From the NCBI GenBank assembly GCA_964187785.1, contig OZ076409.1, forward strand, positions 68,326,001 to 68,390,000: DNA of 64,000 bases. The letters are read 5' to 3'. The notes under the pieces were generated by a model. The model ran no database searches. It saw only the letters and a program-made list of their open reading frames with translations, and was not told the DNA's origin. How positions within the stretch are numbered: position 1 is the first letter of the stretch; every line of letters starts with the position of its first letter. The stretch is from Amphiscolops sp. MND2022. Lineage: Eukaryota. Both the position numbers and the translations under genes were made by a program. Shown piece after piece: positions 23,006 through 36,859 of this stretch.

Positions 23006-24636
23006 AAGATAAACAACGACCCAAACAAACACTCCAAATACTGATACATTTGTTTTTTCTTTTACTTCACTCTAATCAAGTCATGAAGATTCTAGATATA
23101 TAACTTTGTAATTGAGTCATTTCGAGACTTTTGAGTTAGTAAAATAACGTCATTAATGCAGGAAGGCGCTAAAATACGTGATTCATTACAAATGTTAGAG
23201 TGAAACCTTCTTTCCTATGAATTTCGTTCACATTATGCGTCATAGTGCTGTAATTGGTATGATGTACAAGCGTTAGAAGTCGCTTTTGAAGTAGTATGTA
23301 TGCGTCATTATACGTAAATCTGAATCATGCATATTCGGCATTGTGCGTTTTTGACTATACGTTGATACACATTATTAGATAAACTGCAGGTGCGGCATTA
23401 GACGCTTTCATGATGAAAACATACGTCGTTAAGCAGCTTTTGCGATGCCGTATATACGTCATTACGCAATTTTCACAACGCATGTGCAAATGGTTACATT
23501 ATGTGTATTATGAAGTATATGCGTTATTGTTCATTAATGAATATTGATGTATATGCATTATATGCGCTATCATGCGGTAAGTGGTGTACCGCATATACGT
23601 CACTAGACGTTTTTAGCTATATTCTTGCCATTTTGCACTTATGCATCATTTGACTCATTTAATAATACTTGAAACGCTTTAGACAGCATCTAGCATTACT
23701 TTCCTAGGGTTTTACGGTCCCTTGATAATATTTAGGGTGTCATGGCAGCATAACTTGAAGGATATAATTAGAATGATGTGAATGTGACGTTATGCTATTT
23801 TTAGTTCTTTAAACAATGATATCAGTGAAAACGATCGTCATCTTTTCTATATTTTTGGAAAGGCAGATCTGAAGGGACCTTTTTCATTCGTGATTTTATT
23901 CACCCACCAAGCAGTTGCTCACATTTCAACCTGACTTTTGTACAAGCAATTTTCTGGCTTACATCTTGTTTCATCACTCGAATTGTTTTGAATAATTCTC
24001 TCGAATAAATTCAAATTCTTCCCCAACAACCATAATACGATTTTCCTTTGAGAAGAATGGGAAACAAAAGGAGTAGAAGGTCCAGGAGTTTGGCTACCCC
24101 ATCTCCAGAAAGGGGCCCCAATGAAACTCTAGTAGAAACATCAACCCAAGGTAATATTACTTTAACTAATACAGATCCTAACACCCAGGAAAACTTGGAT
24201 GATGTTGGAATCAGGAGTCAATTGATCGAACCTAGTCAGTTAAGTAATGAAATCCAATCGTGGACTGAGAATTTTGAGCAAAAGAACAATGATAGGATTG
24301 CAAAAATGAGAGAAGAGATGGAGAATAAGTTAGACGCAATTCTGAAAGAAATAAAGTCCAACAAAAGTGTGTCTACGGTAACAAACCCGAGATCTGAAGA
24401 GAATACTATACAAAACATGCAACCTTCGGGATCCAAAACAATCGGTTCTATTGGAGTACACGCATCTTATAACAATAATTCAGACTCAGAAAATGAAGAT
24501 TATCCTCTTCGGGCTTCTAAAATGAGAGATCTCAAACATCCTGCAAAACCTATATTTCGAAGTGAGTCCGAAGTAGACGTAACAATCCATTCCGACGAAG
24601 AGTCTGATGCAGAAAGCCTAGATGAGGATTATCACA
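22962..24636 (+). repeat. 3' LTR (1675 bp)
   Basis: Direct repeat of 8003-9677, followed by TSD GAGAA. Confidence 0.97.
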
Positions 24637-27600
24637 GAGAACATCTAACAAACATCATTTCGGTTGTAAGTCACAAAGCAATCATTACTCGACGGAAAAA
24701 AAATTATAATGGTTACAAAAGTTCCAAATTGAAATTACCACAGCAAACTTCAACCATCAAGTGCGAACAAATAAATTGGTCTATAACTTTTATTTTTGGA
24801 GTGACTTTATCTGGAAAAGTTTCTTCAAGAGAGCAATTCTTTTTCGGAACAACCTAGCACAAACATTACATAATAAGAAAGATCCAAATAAATATATGAG
24901 AGGAAAAAAATGACGTTACTTTACTGGAAAGTTTGTGAATGAATTCGAAAATTTTCAATTTGGTTAAAATGTTGGAAGAAATAATAAATAGTTAAAATTA
25001 AAATTAAATAGTTTTAAATATTAGTTAATCAAGACGCCCGCTGAGCAGCGAGATATTTTCCGCCCCAAACTGTTCTACAACTACATAAATTTGAGGCTCA
25101 AGAATAGCCAAAGCAGCCATAGCCTACAAAAACGCAAAGAAGTTCAAATAAAAAAATGCTTTTATTCACTCTAGCCCATTTTTAAAGGACACTGATATTT
25201 TTATTTCTGCGATAGCTGGCCAATTTTCTTTTTTTTTTCTGGCGCTATGCGACTTACCGAGTAATGAGGAAGTTTTCGATAAAATTTTTTTGAAATTATT
25301 TTTCGAAAAATCATTTTTCTTAATTTTTAGTTTTGGAGATTTTCTGTAAAGGAAATAAAGTTTCTCCAGCTTGAGGGTGAACTCTTTGTTACTTTTGATC
25401 ATGTGGAACTGATGAAATTTCTTATTGATAGTGGAAAACACCTCATTTCTGTTTTTTGGCTCCGTGTGTCTTTCCTACACTTTCCTTTGGTCGAAAGGTA
25501 CTCCCTTGTTTTTCAGCAGATTTCAGCTTGCTTGAGAAAAGTAGTTTTGCGAGCTGAATTATGTTTCGCCATCATAGGACTCTGACAAAATTTTTTTTAA
25601 TTGGTGTTTTTTGGAAATCTGTTGGTAAAAAAGTGGTTTCCGAGGCTGAGGCGTATTTATTGGGGTAATTTTTGACACTAAAAAAATAGAAAAAGGCTGA
25701 CCTAGGTCTTTTGCATTTTTAAAAAACCTAGTTTCAATCTGAGGAAACTTTCTAACATGAATCTAAAGAAGTCTCTTCAGGCGTAAGCCTACTGGACACC
25801 GAGTTTAATTGTTTTTGATTGCTCAATCCATTCTAACCCACGAATTAGCCTGAAACAATTTCCTTTGGAAGGTGTACTCCGTATCTTGTGATTTTGCTTG
25901 GAGGTTATTGAATATTAAATATTGTACAATTAAAGTCGAAATTTACCTTTTCGGGAAACTTTTTTGAAAGTTGCGCAAACAAACTTGCTTGATATTTTCT
26001 CGAAACACCACCAATTGCTACACGTTTTGACACCTTTGTTGTAAATTTGATGAATTTCATCCCACTTTTTTTCCCAAATTGCATTTGAATACCCTATTGG
26101 TTCAACGCTCAGGCGAATGAAAGTTCTTTTCTTCAAAATTTTTCGTGCTTTGAGCAAAAATTGGGATTAGTTTGTCAAAAAAAGTGCTTTTTGTTGTTTC
26201 ATGGACTTTGGGAGTGAGCCACTTCCAGCGAAAATTGAATATATATCTTCAAAATTGCGTACTGGATACCTGGATTAGTTATTTTTGAGTTTTCAAGATC
26301 ATTTTGTGCAAGGAAGTAGCTCAATAATTGTACGAAAACTGCCAAAAAATGTTCGAAAAATCTGAAAATACTCAAATATTGCATTATTGGGTCGTTCTGA
26401 GGAAACATTCCGCCATTAAAAAATCCCAATTTCGTTTTGAAAAATGTGCTGTGGACCTAGTTTTATCATCTGGAGCGTTTCGAAGCTTTTGTTTCACCAA
26501 AATTTTCTGATTCAAAAATAAAAAAAACTGAAAATGTCCGAAATTGGCAAAAAGGTTGGCTCATTGAGTTTTTTTGCGGTCAATTTTGACCAATTTTTAA
26601 AACCGAAGTCCGCAACTATTTTTCAAAAAGCCTACTGGATTATGAGTTCAATCTTTGTTAAACGATTGCCAACATTCTGACTCCAAATCGATTCAAAATT
26701 TTCACAAGTTGCACAGAAACAAACTTGTTGAAATTTTTTGATCCAATTGGAGTCATTCGGAAGTATTTTCGAAGCAAAACACTCCAACGTTCTCTTCAAA
26801 AAATTAATACATAGGTCATTTTTTTATTGTTGGTTGTGTTGGAACTTATAACGAAATGTATCGGAAATTGTACGGAAATAGCATCAAAAACGACAAAATT
26901 ATGAACAATTTTCGCCACATTTTGACAATCTCTTGACGAAAGCTCACTGAAACAAAAAGTTGTTAGGGGTTTTCACATTCTAGTCCACGACGTCTATCAA
27001 TAGTTTGGACAAAAATTCAACAAAAATGGTAAAAATTGATTTTTTTGAATTTTACTCTCTTTCGATGTCAATTTCAAACAATTTTTCTTTGATAAACTGC
27101 ATTTATCTCTTCTCTAAGCATACTGGAGAACACACTCTTTCCTTTTTGGCCCTTCTCAACATTCCCATCCAAGAAATTTGTCAAAAGTTCGGTAAAAAAT
27201 GTAAAAAAAACTTTCAAAACTTAAAAATTTAGGTTTTTTGTGATTTTCGGTGTAAATTTGAGACATTTCTCATCCCAAAAAGTGCAATTGATTCTCCATA
27301 AAAAACTACTGGACCACGAATGCTTACCTTGATGAAGGTTTTCAACACTCGAATTCACGAAGTCTGTCGAAATTTTGACAGAAAATGCCCAAAACTTCAA
27401 AAATAAGAAGGTTTCGAGTTTTTTGTCAATTTCGTTGTCAAGAGGAGACACTTTTCAATAAAAAACTGCATTTATCTCTTCATAAAAGACTGTTGGACAA
27501 CAATATTTTACTTTGATGAACGTTTTCAAAATTCCAATCCACGAAGTTTGTCAAATCTTTTCTACAAAAAATCCGAATTAACTCTGCAAAATGGGAAATG

Positions 27601-27649
27601 TTCCGTTTTTTGTCTTTTTCGGTGTCAATTGGAGATTTTTCTCATTAAG

Positions 27650-30370
27650 AAAGACATTCGTCTAGGCGCTGATGTGCTTGAAGAAGTAGTCTTAGATAAT
27701 CGAATCAAGGTTGATGATGTCGTCGTACGTGAAACTCGTTTTGGCTGGATTGTTTCTGGGCTTGTTCAAACAGCAGAATCGGAGAAGACTTCTCAAATTT
27801 TAGCCAATACATCACTAATTGCATCTTCAAGCTGCACCGGGGACCTAATTTCAAAATTTTGTGAATTAGAAACTGCGCGATAGAAACCAACTTTCAAGTA
27901 GAGAGAAGGTAGCTGATTGTCAAATTGAACAAACCACCGAGCGTACAGATGATGGCCGAATCATTTTTGCGTTGCCTTTTCACAAAATATAGAAAAAACA
28001 GGAGTTAGTAAAGCTGTTGCGATGAAACGTTTCCTCGACGTAGAGGATAAACTTTTGAGCAATAAAATACTGCACGTAGAGTACAGTGTGTTTGGGAAAA
28101 ATTCAACGACTTGGTCATTTTAAAAAATGCCTGAAAAAAATATAGAGATAAGAAATTGTTATTACCTACCACACCACTACTGCGAATGCAAAGACTGCTT
28201 CAGAAATATTCTTAACCGAGAGTCTCATGGTAGGTCCTAAACTCCAGAATGACCTTTTTGATATTCTGATTTGAGTTTGTTAGTTCAAATTAGGACTGAG
28301 TGGTGCTGTTTTTGCTCGTATGTATCGATAAGGCCAACCAAAAACTTCGTGATTCTAACCGACTGTTACGGCTATTCAGTCCAAAAAAAAGATTTTCAAA
28401 CGTACTGTATGGCAAGAATAATGTATGGCATTGCAAGTTCTTCTTATCATTCAATCCGGTCACAGTTACAATGTGCAAATGCTCATGACACACCAAGAGA
28501 AACGTCAAACTCTATTCGAAGGGTATTTGTTGTCGATGACATTTTAACGGAAACGCATACTGAAGAGTAAGCTAGACAACTCCAGACAAGTCTGATTTTC
28601 ACTTTGAAAAAAGGACAATTTGATATGAGGTAGAGGACATGTAGTGAACCGCAAGTCACATTGTCTTTACCTCCGGAAAAATGTGAGGTCAATAGGGACC
28701 ACGACTTCCTGCAAGACACACGCACGATTGAGATATTTGGATTGTGTGGAATCTGAAGTTTGACGGATTCCATTTCAAAGTCAAAGAAACAAACGAAACA
28801 GTTCCGATTTCGGCAATGGCACCGACCCACAAAACTGCAAATCTTGAGTGACAGCAACGATCTTTGACCCATTGGGAATGCTGTCGCCAAAAAATCATCG
28901 GGTTGGAAAGCTTAGTGCAAAAACGTTTGGGTCGCCAAACTGGATTTGGATGACAATTTTCCCAACGATTTGGCAGGAAAATAACTAAAATAGAGGTCAA
29001 AGCTGATTGATCTGAGAAACAAAAACTTAGCAAGGTATTCTCAAGGAAAAGCAAACAGATTCAATTCCAATGCTTGTCTTTTGTGACGCGTCCGAGATTG
29101 GTTATAGTGCTTGTTTCTATCTGGTTGCCCAAGCCAATAAGGGCCGGCGGATAGCAACTCTGCTATCTGCTAAAGCTTAAGAGGCGCCTTTAAAAGCACA
29201 GTCAATTCCTCGTTTTGAACTTTGTTCAGCACTACTTGGTTCTAACAAGTAAAAGCAGTCTCAGAAAGTCTCAGCATATTAAACAATTTGACGCATGGAC
29301 GGACTCGACAATAATGTTAAGCTTGCTGGCGGCTGAAGCCAACTGCTGGTCAATGTTTGTAGACAAATGAGTTGCGAAAACTCAGGAAATGATTTTTTGA
29401 AATGGGGTCGAGTAGGAATGCATAACAACCCAGCTGGAACTGCTTCAAGAAGTATTGACACATCGAATTTCAAAATTTGTTCATTGCGGTGATCAGGCCC
29501 TGGATGAATGGCTACAGAAAAGTTTCGAGAACTTTTTGTCCGCAAGGCACATGTGGAGAACAGAAACAGTGTGCCAGGACAACTCGAGCGCTTGCAATAC
29601 AAATTCAAGAAACACATTACCATAACGGTGTTGCAATCAACCTATGTGAGCAAACCTCCAATCGGAAAACGCGCCGGATAATTATCCAAATCAGGCGATT
29701 GATGAATGTAAACACAAGAAAACTTTTATCAGCAAATTTGCAACGGCAAGGAGCAGCACAAACTTTTTTCCAGTGAAATTAAAACCCTAGAGAAAATGCA
29801 CAAGGAAGCCCGAGAGGTAAACTAAGTAAACTTTATCTGTTTTTGCATTAAAGAATTTTGTTTGTTGGTGACCGCCTAGCTAAAGCTGCACTTCCAGACA
29901 AAACTATGTATCCAAGACTCTTTCCTGAGAAGACTGAATTAGCAAGACTGGTGTTTTTAGACGCTCCTCATTCCATTTGACGTGGTGGAGCCAGACAAAT
30001 CACAAGTCGAATTAGATCTTGCTTCTGGATACCGGGTTGCAGAAACCATGTCTGCAAATGAATTGTATATAGAGTGAAATGTTCGCGTTTCATTACCAAC
30101 AACAAGGAGTCTCTAAGTGTGAGTTACCGAAATAACGAAAGAGCGTACCGTCTAGAGCAATTTAAGAAGTAGGAATACACTTTGGGGTCCTCTTTACCAG
30201 CAATTTCCGAATCTTGAAACCAACAATGCTTATCTAGCGTTATTTGTTTCCTTTGCGAAAAATGGTGAACATTTGGAGATTGTATCAGACCTAACCAATG
30301 CTTATATTGCCGCATTACGACGTTTCACTTTACGACGTTCACAAACGAAACTCCGTTACCACCTATATGG
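27650..30370 (+). pseudogene. Decayed BEL/Pao retrotransposon pol
   Basis: Fragments LGADV...ETRFGWIVSG, YYLPHH, LMVGPKLQNDLFDIL, YGIASS, VDDILT, FCDASEIGYSA, IPRFELC, FWIPGCR and LEIVSDLTNAYIAALRRF; many stops and frameshifts. Confidence 0.85.
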
Positions 30371-31639
30371 AAAAAATTCTGGTCACATGATCTGTTGCTT
30401 TTTTGGAGTTCATAAGGTTCAAATGAATCAAAGCGGCGGTGTATGTTGGGGAGATTTTTCTGGGAATCAAAGTTTTTGATTTTCGATTGCTGTTCGAAGT
30501 TTCGGGATTTATTATAATTGTTATCAAATAGCTTTTCGTTCGCAAAAAGTTTCTCAATACACATATTACTATTTCATGATATAATTTTGCAATTTCATGT
30601 CTGTTTATGGTTGTTGCCTTCTGATATGTTGTTGTTGATAAAATTTATCCTAAAGTTCTGGGCCCAACTTGATGAGTAGCCAATATAATTTGAGTATATC
30701 ATTGTAATGCTCAAACTTTACTCGTCAAACTTAGTCACTTCGTTAGGTTTCACGTTGCCCCTAGGAAGACCCTATTTTTTTATTGGAAGTTCTCGAAAAG
30801 TTTACTCTTTTTTTCAAGAATCTTCCTTTTTTTCTGTAATGACAGAGCATTTAGAGCATTGAAAGTTTGCAGCGTTTGCCAGTTAGTTTTTTTTTCTAAA
30901 TTTCCAATTGATTGTGTTTCAAAACGTTCTCTAATCGAGCCATATTTGTGTTTCAACTCTGAGTCACTAGGAACCAAAATCTTCCATAACGTGAAAGAAT
31001 TTGGTTGTAGCTCTCAGAGAAAATCGTCTCAGGATATAAAACTGATGTTTCTTCAAAGTTGGAATAAATTAGTTGCTTTTGTAAGGACAAGTTAGTCATA
31101 TCAACACCTGTCATTGCAAAAGAGTACCCGATCAGAGGTTGCTTTGAAAAAACAATTGTAGCAGGCACTGTTTTTACCGGTCCCAACGAAATGTACCAAA
31201 TTCATGAGATCCAATAAACCAATATCACGAATAATTGCGTTCCTATCAGTTGCTTGAAAACCCAAAAGCTACCGGCTTCTCAGTTTGAGACCCCCTTCTT
31301 TTTCAAAAATGCAAGACATTTTCTCTGGGTTCGCGAAAGTATCGTCCTTCATTCTCTGGAATTCCAAAATGATCAGCCGATTTGGTTAGATGAATTGTTG
31401 ACCAAAGGGTCAAAGAGCTTCGGCAAAATATTTATTGGACCGTCTATTGATTTTGATAAATTGTTGACCAAACGTTCGAAGAGCCTCGGTGAGAACATAA
31501 TTGACTTAATGTTGTGGTCATTTGGCTTAAAATATTCATGCCAAACGACTCAACAAAAAAAACCATGTGAATTTCAGCCAAGTGACTTGTGACCCTTACG
31601 AAGTGTGAATTTTTTCCTTGTGATATTATGAAAAACGAC

Positions 31640-32806
31640 GATCGACAGTTTTAGCATCTTTCCAAACAACTGCTCCGCGTTCAAAACACCAACGAAAGAT
31701 AAACTTATTGTTCTTGGTTCAACGCTTGGCTCGACTTTGCAGGCAGGCTTACTAGAAAAGAAAATTATTAAACTGGAAAAGGTTAATGAAATTGTGTAAA
31801 AACTGGATCCTCATAATGGTTTTTTATGTTGGAACATTGCTTCAGTATGCCGAAGTTGTAAAATTTCTTGAGCACCTGTACATGTTTTATTGATCAAGCT
31901 CCCTTAGAAAAGTATGACAAAATTGTACGCGACGTTTTCTCCAAGGTGTGTAGCGCGACCTTCGATGATATTTCGAGTACTCAGCTGGCTCTGCCTGCTG
32001 AAATGGGTGATCTTGGGGTTTCATCTGCATTTATATTACCACTTCCCAAATTTTGGCTTAAACTTTTGGTGCGAGTGACTTTCTCAAGACCATTTTCGCG
32101 GGAACATTCGAAGGTGTGTCGTCCACGAAAGGGCTTAAGAAAAGGCTGAGTTCGACTAAGGAACAGCAAAGTCCTCTCGATGGAACCCAGAAAAAAACGG
32201 ACCCAACATTTCTACACCAAAATCGCCCGAGGATTTCTAATTTAATCCAGTTAATAGAATGGATGACAAACGTTCGAAAAATTTGAACACTTATAAAGGT
32301 ATATTCGGGTCTCAAAGGCTGAACGTTGTTCCTTGTAAGACCGTAGGCTTGCAATTCGATGATCAGCAGCTCCGGAGTTTGATTGGTGTTCCTCTCGTGG
32401 CCATCATATGTGTTGCGCATACGTGTCACTGTGGTAAAGAAGTTGAACGGGACGGTTTACACGGTCTTTTTTTGCACCAAGATTGCTCGTCGCTTCTCAC
32501 GTCATGCTACCCAAATCTCTTGTAAGGCAGACGTTGGGATCTCTCGGCTTGACTTCAATGCTCGCCCCGCGTGGACTGTACCGAATTGATGGCAAATGCC
32601 TAGACGCTGTTACGATGATTCTTTGGGAAATGGGTGAACAGCTGGTGTGGGGTGTCACGGTTGTGGATGCTCTTGCACGCAGTCGCCTGAATCAAGGCTC
32701 CTTATGCAACGCCGGAACCACCGCCCACCAGGCTGAAGCGCGTAAAATTGAGAAGTATCAGAAATTAATAGAAAATGGATACATTTTTCAACCAGTGGCC
32801 TGTTAG
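31640..32806 (+). pseudogene. 3' part of a CRE-like non-LTR retrotransposon (RT thumb, CCHC finger, restriction-like endonuclease), decayed
   Basis: QLALPAEMG(G/D)LGV, HTCHCGKEVERDGLHGL, PRGLYRIDGK.D...W.VTVVD, AEARKIEKY...YIFQPVA. Confidence 0.75.
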
Positions 32807-33665
32807 GTCACTAGACAAAGGAAAATCATTGCATCAAATTTTCAATTGAAGTCAATAACATTAAGGGCACTGAAATGCAAATTAAAATTAACATAAGATA
32901 AAAAATACGATGTTAAATTAATACGAGACGAAGTGAAACCTCCCCCAAAGGAAGAAACAATCATTTGGCTACAAAACCTTTGAACCGTGCATTGGGTTTG
33001 CACACCCTTCCATATCTACTGACATTAAGTTCGGTGTTGCAAAGGCGATCACATCACGACATCTGATCGTAAGCGTCTGGGATATCGTTCAACTTTTCTT
33101 CTGTCGTCTTATAAGGCTCTGGAGGTTGGGAGATTTGTAGCAAGATTGTAGGTAGACTTTCCGATGGGGCATTTAATAATTTGTCTTGTGCTATCAAGTA
33201 TGGTCCGATCATCATTCTGCGGATTTATCCAATCAGTGTTTGTCCCCTTCCGAACCAGATATGTTGCCGGAATAGCAGATTTTTCAGCAGCTGCCCTGTA
33301 AAATTTTGGCTGGCCAATTTTAAAGTCAACAACAGCTGGTAATCTTAATATATTTCCAAACATCAATCAGGCAGGGGTGTCACCATGTGGGTTGTTCGTT
33401 TTTCTGTGGGTAGAAAGGGTTCGTTGAAAAACCGAGTGGAAGGTTTCGAAGTCTGACTCTCAAATCAGGTTTCCATGCCTTCAGGGCCTTCTTTATAGTT
33501 TGATGCCTTAGATTGGGATGCGTACTGAGAATATTTCACCTTTTTACACCCTTGAATTTCTAGCGAATGTGTGATTTTACCAATAGTGAATTCTTTAGCG
33601 TTATCAGGAACCAATGAGTATGGAACATTAAATCGAGCAAACTCCGACGAAAAACACTTTGTAAC

Positions 33666-35600
33666 ATCCGGTCACAGTTACAATGTGCAATTGCTCATGG
33701 CAAACCAAGAGAAGCGTCAAACACAGTTCGACGGGTAAATGTTAACGATGACATTTTAACAGCAGCGCTTACTGAAGAGGAAGCTAGACAACTCCAGACA
33801 AGTCTGATTTGCACTTTGAAAAAAGGACATTTTGATATGAGGTAGTGGACATGTAGTGAACCGCAAGTCACCTTGTCTTTACCTCCGGAAGTTTGGGGGG
33901 ACAGTAGGGACCGCAATTTCCTGCAAGACACACGCACCATTAAGACATTTGGATTGTGTAGAATCTCAAGTTTGACGGATTCCATTTCCAAGTCAAAGAA
34001 ACAAACGAAACAGTTTCGATTTTGGCAACGGCAGCCACCCACAAAACTGCAAATCTTGAGTGACAGCAACGATCTTTGACCCCATGAGCATGCTGTCGCC
34101 AAAAATCATCGGATTGGAAAGCTTAGTGCAAAAACGTTTAGGTCACCAAGTTGAATTTGGATGACACTTTTCCCAACGCTTTGGCAGGAAAATACCTAAA
34201 ATAGAGGTTAATGCTGATAAATCTGAGAGGAATAAAACTTAGCAGGGTATTCTCAAAGAAAAACAAACATTCAATTCCAATGCTTGTCTTTTGTGACGCG
34301 TCCGAGATTGGTTATAGCGCTGGTTTCTATCTGGGAGCGAAGCTGATAAGGGCGGGCGGATAGCAACTCTGCTATCTGCTAAAGCATAATAGGCTCCTAT
34401 AAAAGCACAGTCATTTCCTGGTTTTGAACTTTGTGCAGCACTACTAGGTTCTGGTCAATAAAAGCAGTCTCTGAATGTCTAGCAAATAAAAACAGTTTTA
34501 TGCATGGACGGACTCGACAATAGTGTTAGGCTTGCTGGCGGCTGAAGCCACTTGCTGGTGAATGTTTGTAGCCATATGAGTTGCAAAAACTCATGAAATT
34601 GATTTCGTGAAATGGGGTTGAGTAGGAATGTATAACAACCCAGCTGACATTGCTTCAAGACGTATTGACACATCGAATTTCAAAAATTGTTTATTGTGGT
34701 GATCAGGCGCTGGATGTCTCATTACGGAAAAATTTCGATAACTTCTGATCCGCGAGGCACAAGTGGAGAACAGAAACAGTGTGCTACGGCAACTCGAACG
34801 CTTGCAATACAAATTCAAGAAACAAATTATCATAACGGAGTTGCAATCAACCTATGTGAGCAAACTTCAAATCGGAAAACGCACCAGATAATTGGCCAAA
34901 TTAGGCCATTCAATGAATGTAAACACCAGAAAACTTTTATCAGCAAATTTGCAACGGCAATAGAGCAGCAGGATGCTTTAGAAGTTTTACTATGCCAGGA
35001 GCAGCACAAACTTTTTTCCAGTGAAAATAAAATCCTAGAGAAAGTGCACAAGGAAGCCACAGAGGTAAAATAAGTTAACTTTATCTGTTTTTGCATTAAA
35101 GAATTTTGTTTGTTGGTGGCCGCCTAGCTCAATCAGACCTTCCAGACAAAACTAGGTATCCACCATTGATTCCTGAGAAGATTGAATTAGCAAGACTGGT
35201 GTTTTCAGACGCTCCTCATTCAATTTGACGTGGTGGAGCCAGACAAATCACAAGTCGAATTAGATCTTGCTTCTGGATACCGGGTTGCAGAAACCATGTC
35301 CGCAAATGAATTGTATATAGAGTGAAATGTTCGCGTTTCATTACCAACAACAAGGCGTCTCTAAGTGTGAGTTACCAAAATAACGAAAGAGCGTACCGTC
35401 TAGAGCAATTTAAGAAGTAGGATTACACTTTGGGGTCCTCTTTACCAGCAATTTCCGAATCTTGAAACCAACAATGCTTATCTAGCGTTATTTGTCTGCT
35501 TTGCGAAAAATGCTGAACATTTGGAGATTGTATCAGACCTAACCAATGCTTATATTGCCGCATTACGACGTTTCACTTTACGACGTTCACAAACGAAACT
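33666..35600 (+). pseudogene. Second (duplicated) copy of the BEL/Pao relic
   Basis: Colinear with 28454-30370. Confidence 0.85.
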
Positions 35601-36859
35601 CCGTTACCACCTATATGGAAATAATTCTGGTCACATGCTCTGTTGCTTTTTTGGAGTTCATGAGGTTCAAATGAATCAAGGCGGCGGTGTATGTTGAGGA
35701 GATTTTTCTGGGAATCAAAGTTTTTGACTTTCGATTGCTGTTCGAAGTTTCGGGATTTATTATAATTGTTATCAAATAGTTTTTCTTTCTCAAAAAGCTT
35801 CTCAATACACATATTACTATTTCATGATATAATTTTGCAACTTCATGTCTCATTATGGTTGCTGCGTTGTGTTATGTTGTTGGTGATGAATTTTACCCTA
35901 AAGTTCTGGGCACTTTACGATGAAGTAGCCAATAAAATTTGAGTATATCATTCTAATGCCCAAAATATACTCGTCAAACTTATCAATTCCTTAGGTTTCA
36001 CGTTGACCCTAGAAAGACCCATTTTTTTATTGGAAGTTCTCAAGAATTTAACACTTTCTTTCAAGAATCTTCATTTATTTTCTGTAATGACAGAGCATTG
36101 AAAATTTGCAACATTTGCCAGTTAGTTTTTTTTCTAAATTTCCAATTGATTGTGTTTCAAAACGTTCTCTAATCGGGCCATATTTGTGTTTCAACTCTGA
36201 GTCACTAGGAACCAAAATCTTCCATAACGTGAAAGAATTTGGTTGTAGCTCTCAGAGAAAATCGTCTCAGGATATAAAAGTGATGTTTCTTCAAAGTTGG
36301 AAAAAATTAGTTGCTTTTGTTCAGACAAGTTAGTCATATCAACACCTGTCATAGCAAAAGAGTACCCGATCAGAGGTTGCTTTGAAAAAACAATTGTAGC
36401 AGGCACTGTTTTTACCGGTCCCAACGAAATGTACCAAATTCATGAGATCCAATAAACCAATATCACGAATAATTGCGTTGCTATCAATTGCTTGAAAACC
36501 CAAAAGCTACCGGCTTCTCAGTTTGAGACCCCCTTCTTTTTCAAAAATGCAAGACATTTTCACTGGGTTTGCGAAAGTATCGTCCTTCATTCTCTGGAAT
36601 GCCAAAATGATCAGCCAATTTGGTTAGATGAATTGTTGACCAAAGGGTCAAAGAGCTTCGGCAAAATATTTTTTGGACCGTCTATTGATTTTGATAATTT
36701 GTTGACCAAAGGGTCGAAGAGCCTCGGTGAGAACAGAATTGACTTAATGTTGTAGTCATTTGGCTTAAAATATTCAAGCCAAACGACTCAACAAAAAAAT
36801 CTATGTGAATTTCAGCCAAGTGACTTGTTACCCTTACGAATTGTGAATTTTTTTCTTGT

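Larger units (their letters stand above)
8003..24636 (+). mobile_element. Full-length Ty3/Gypsy LTR retrotransposon, 16,634 bp, with accessory genes
   Basis: TG...CA LTRs of identical length; TSD GAGAA at 7998-8002 and 24637-24641; PBS; PPT; PR-RT-RH-IN domain order. Confidence 0.97.
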
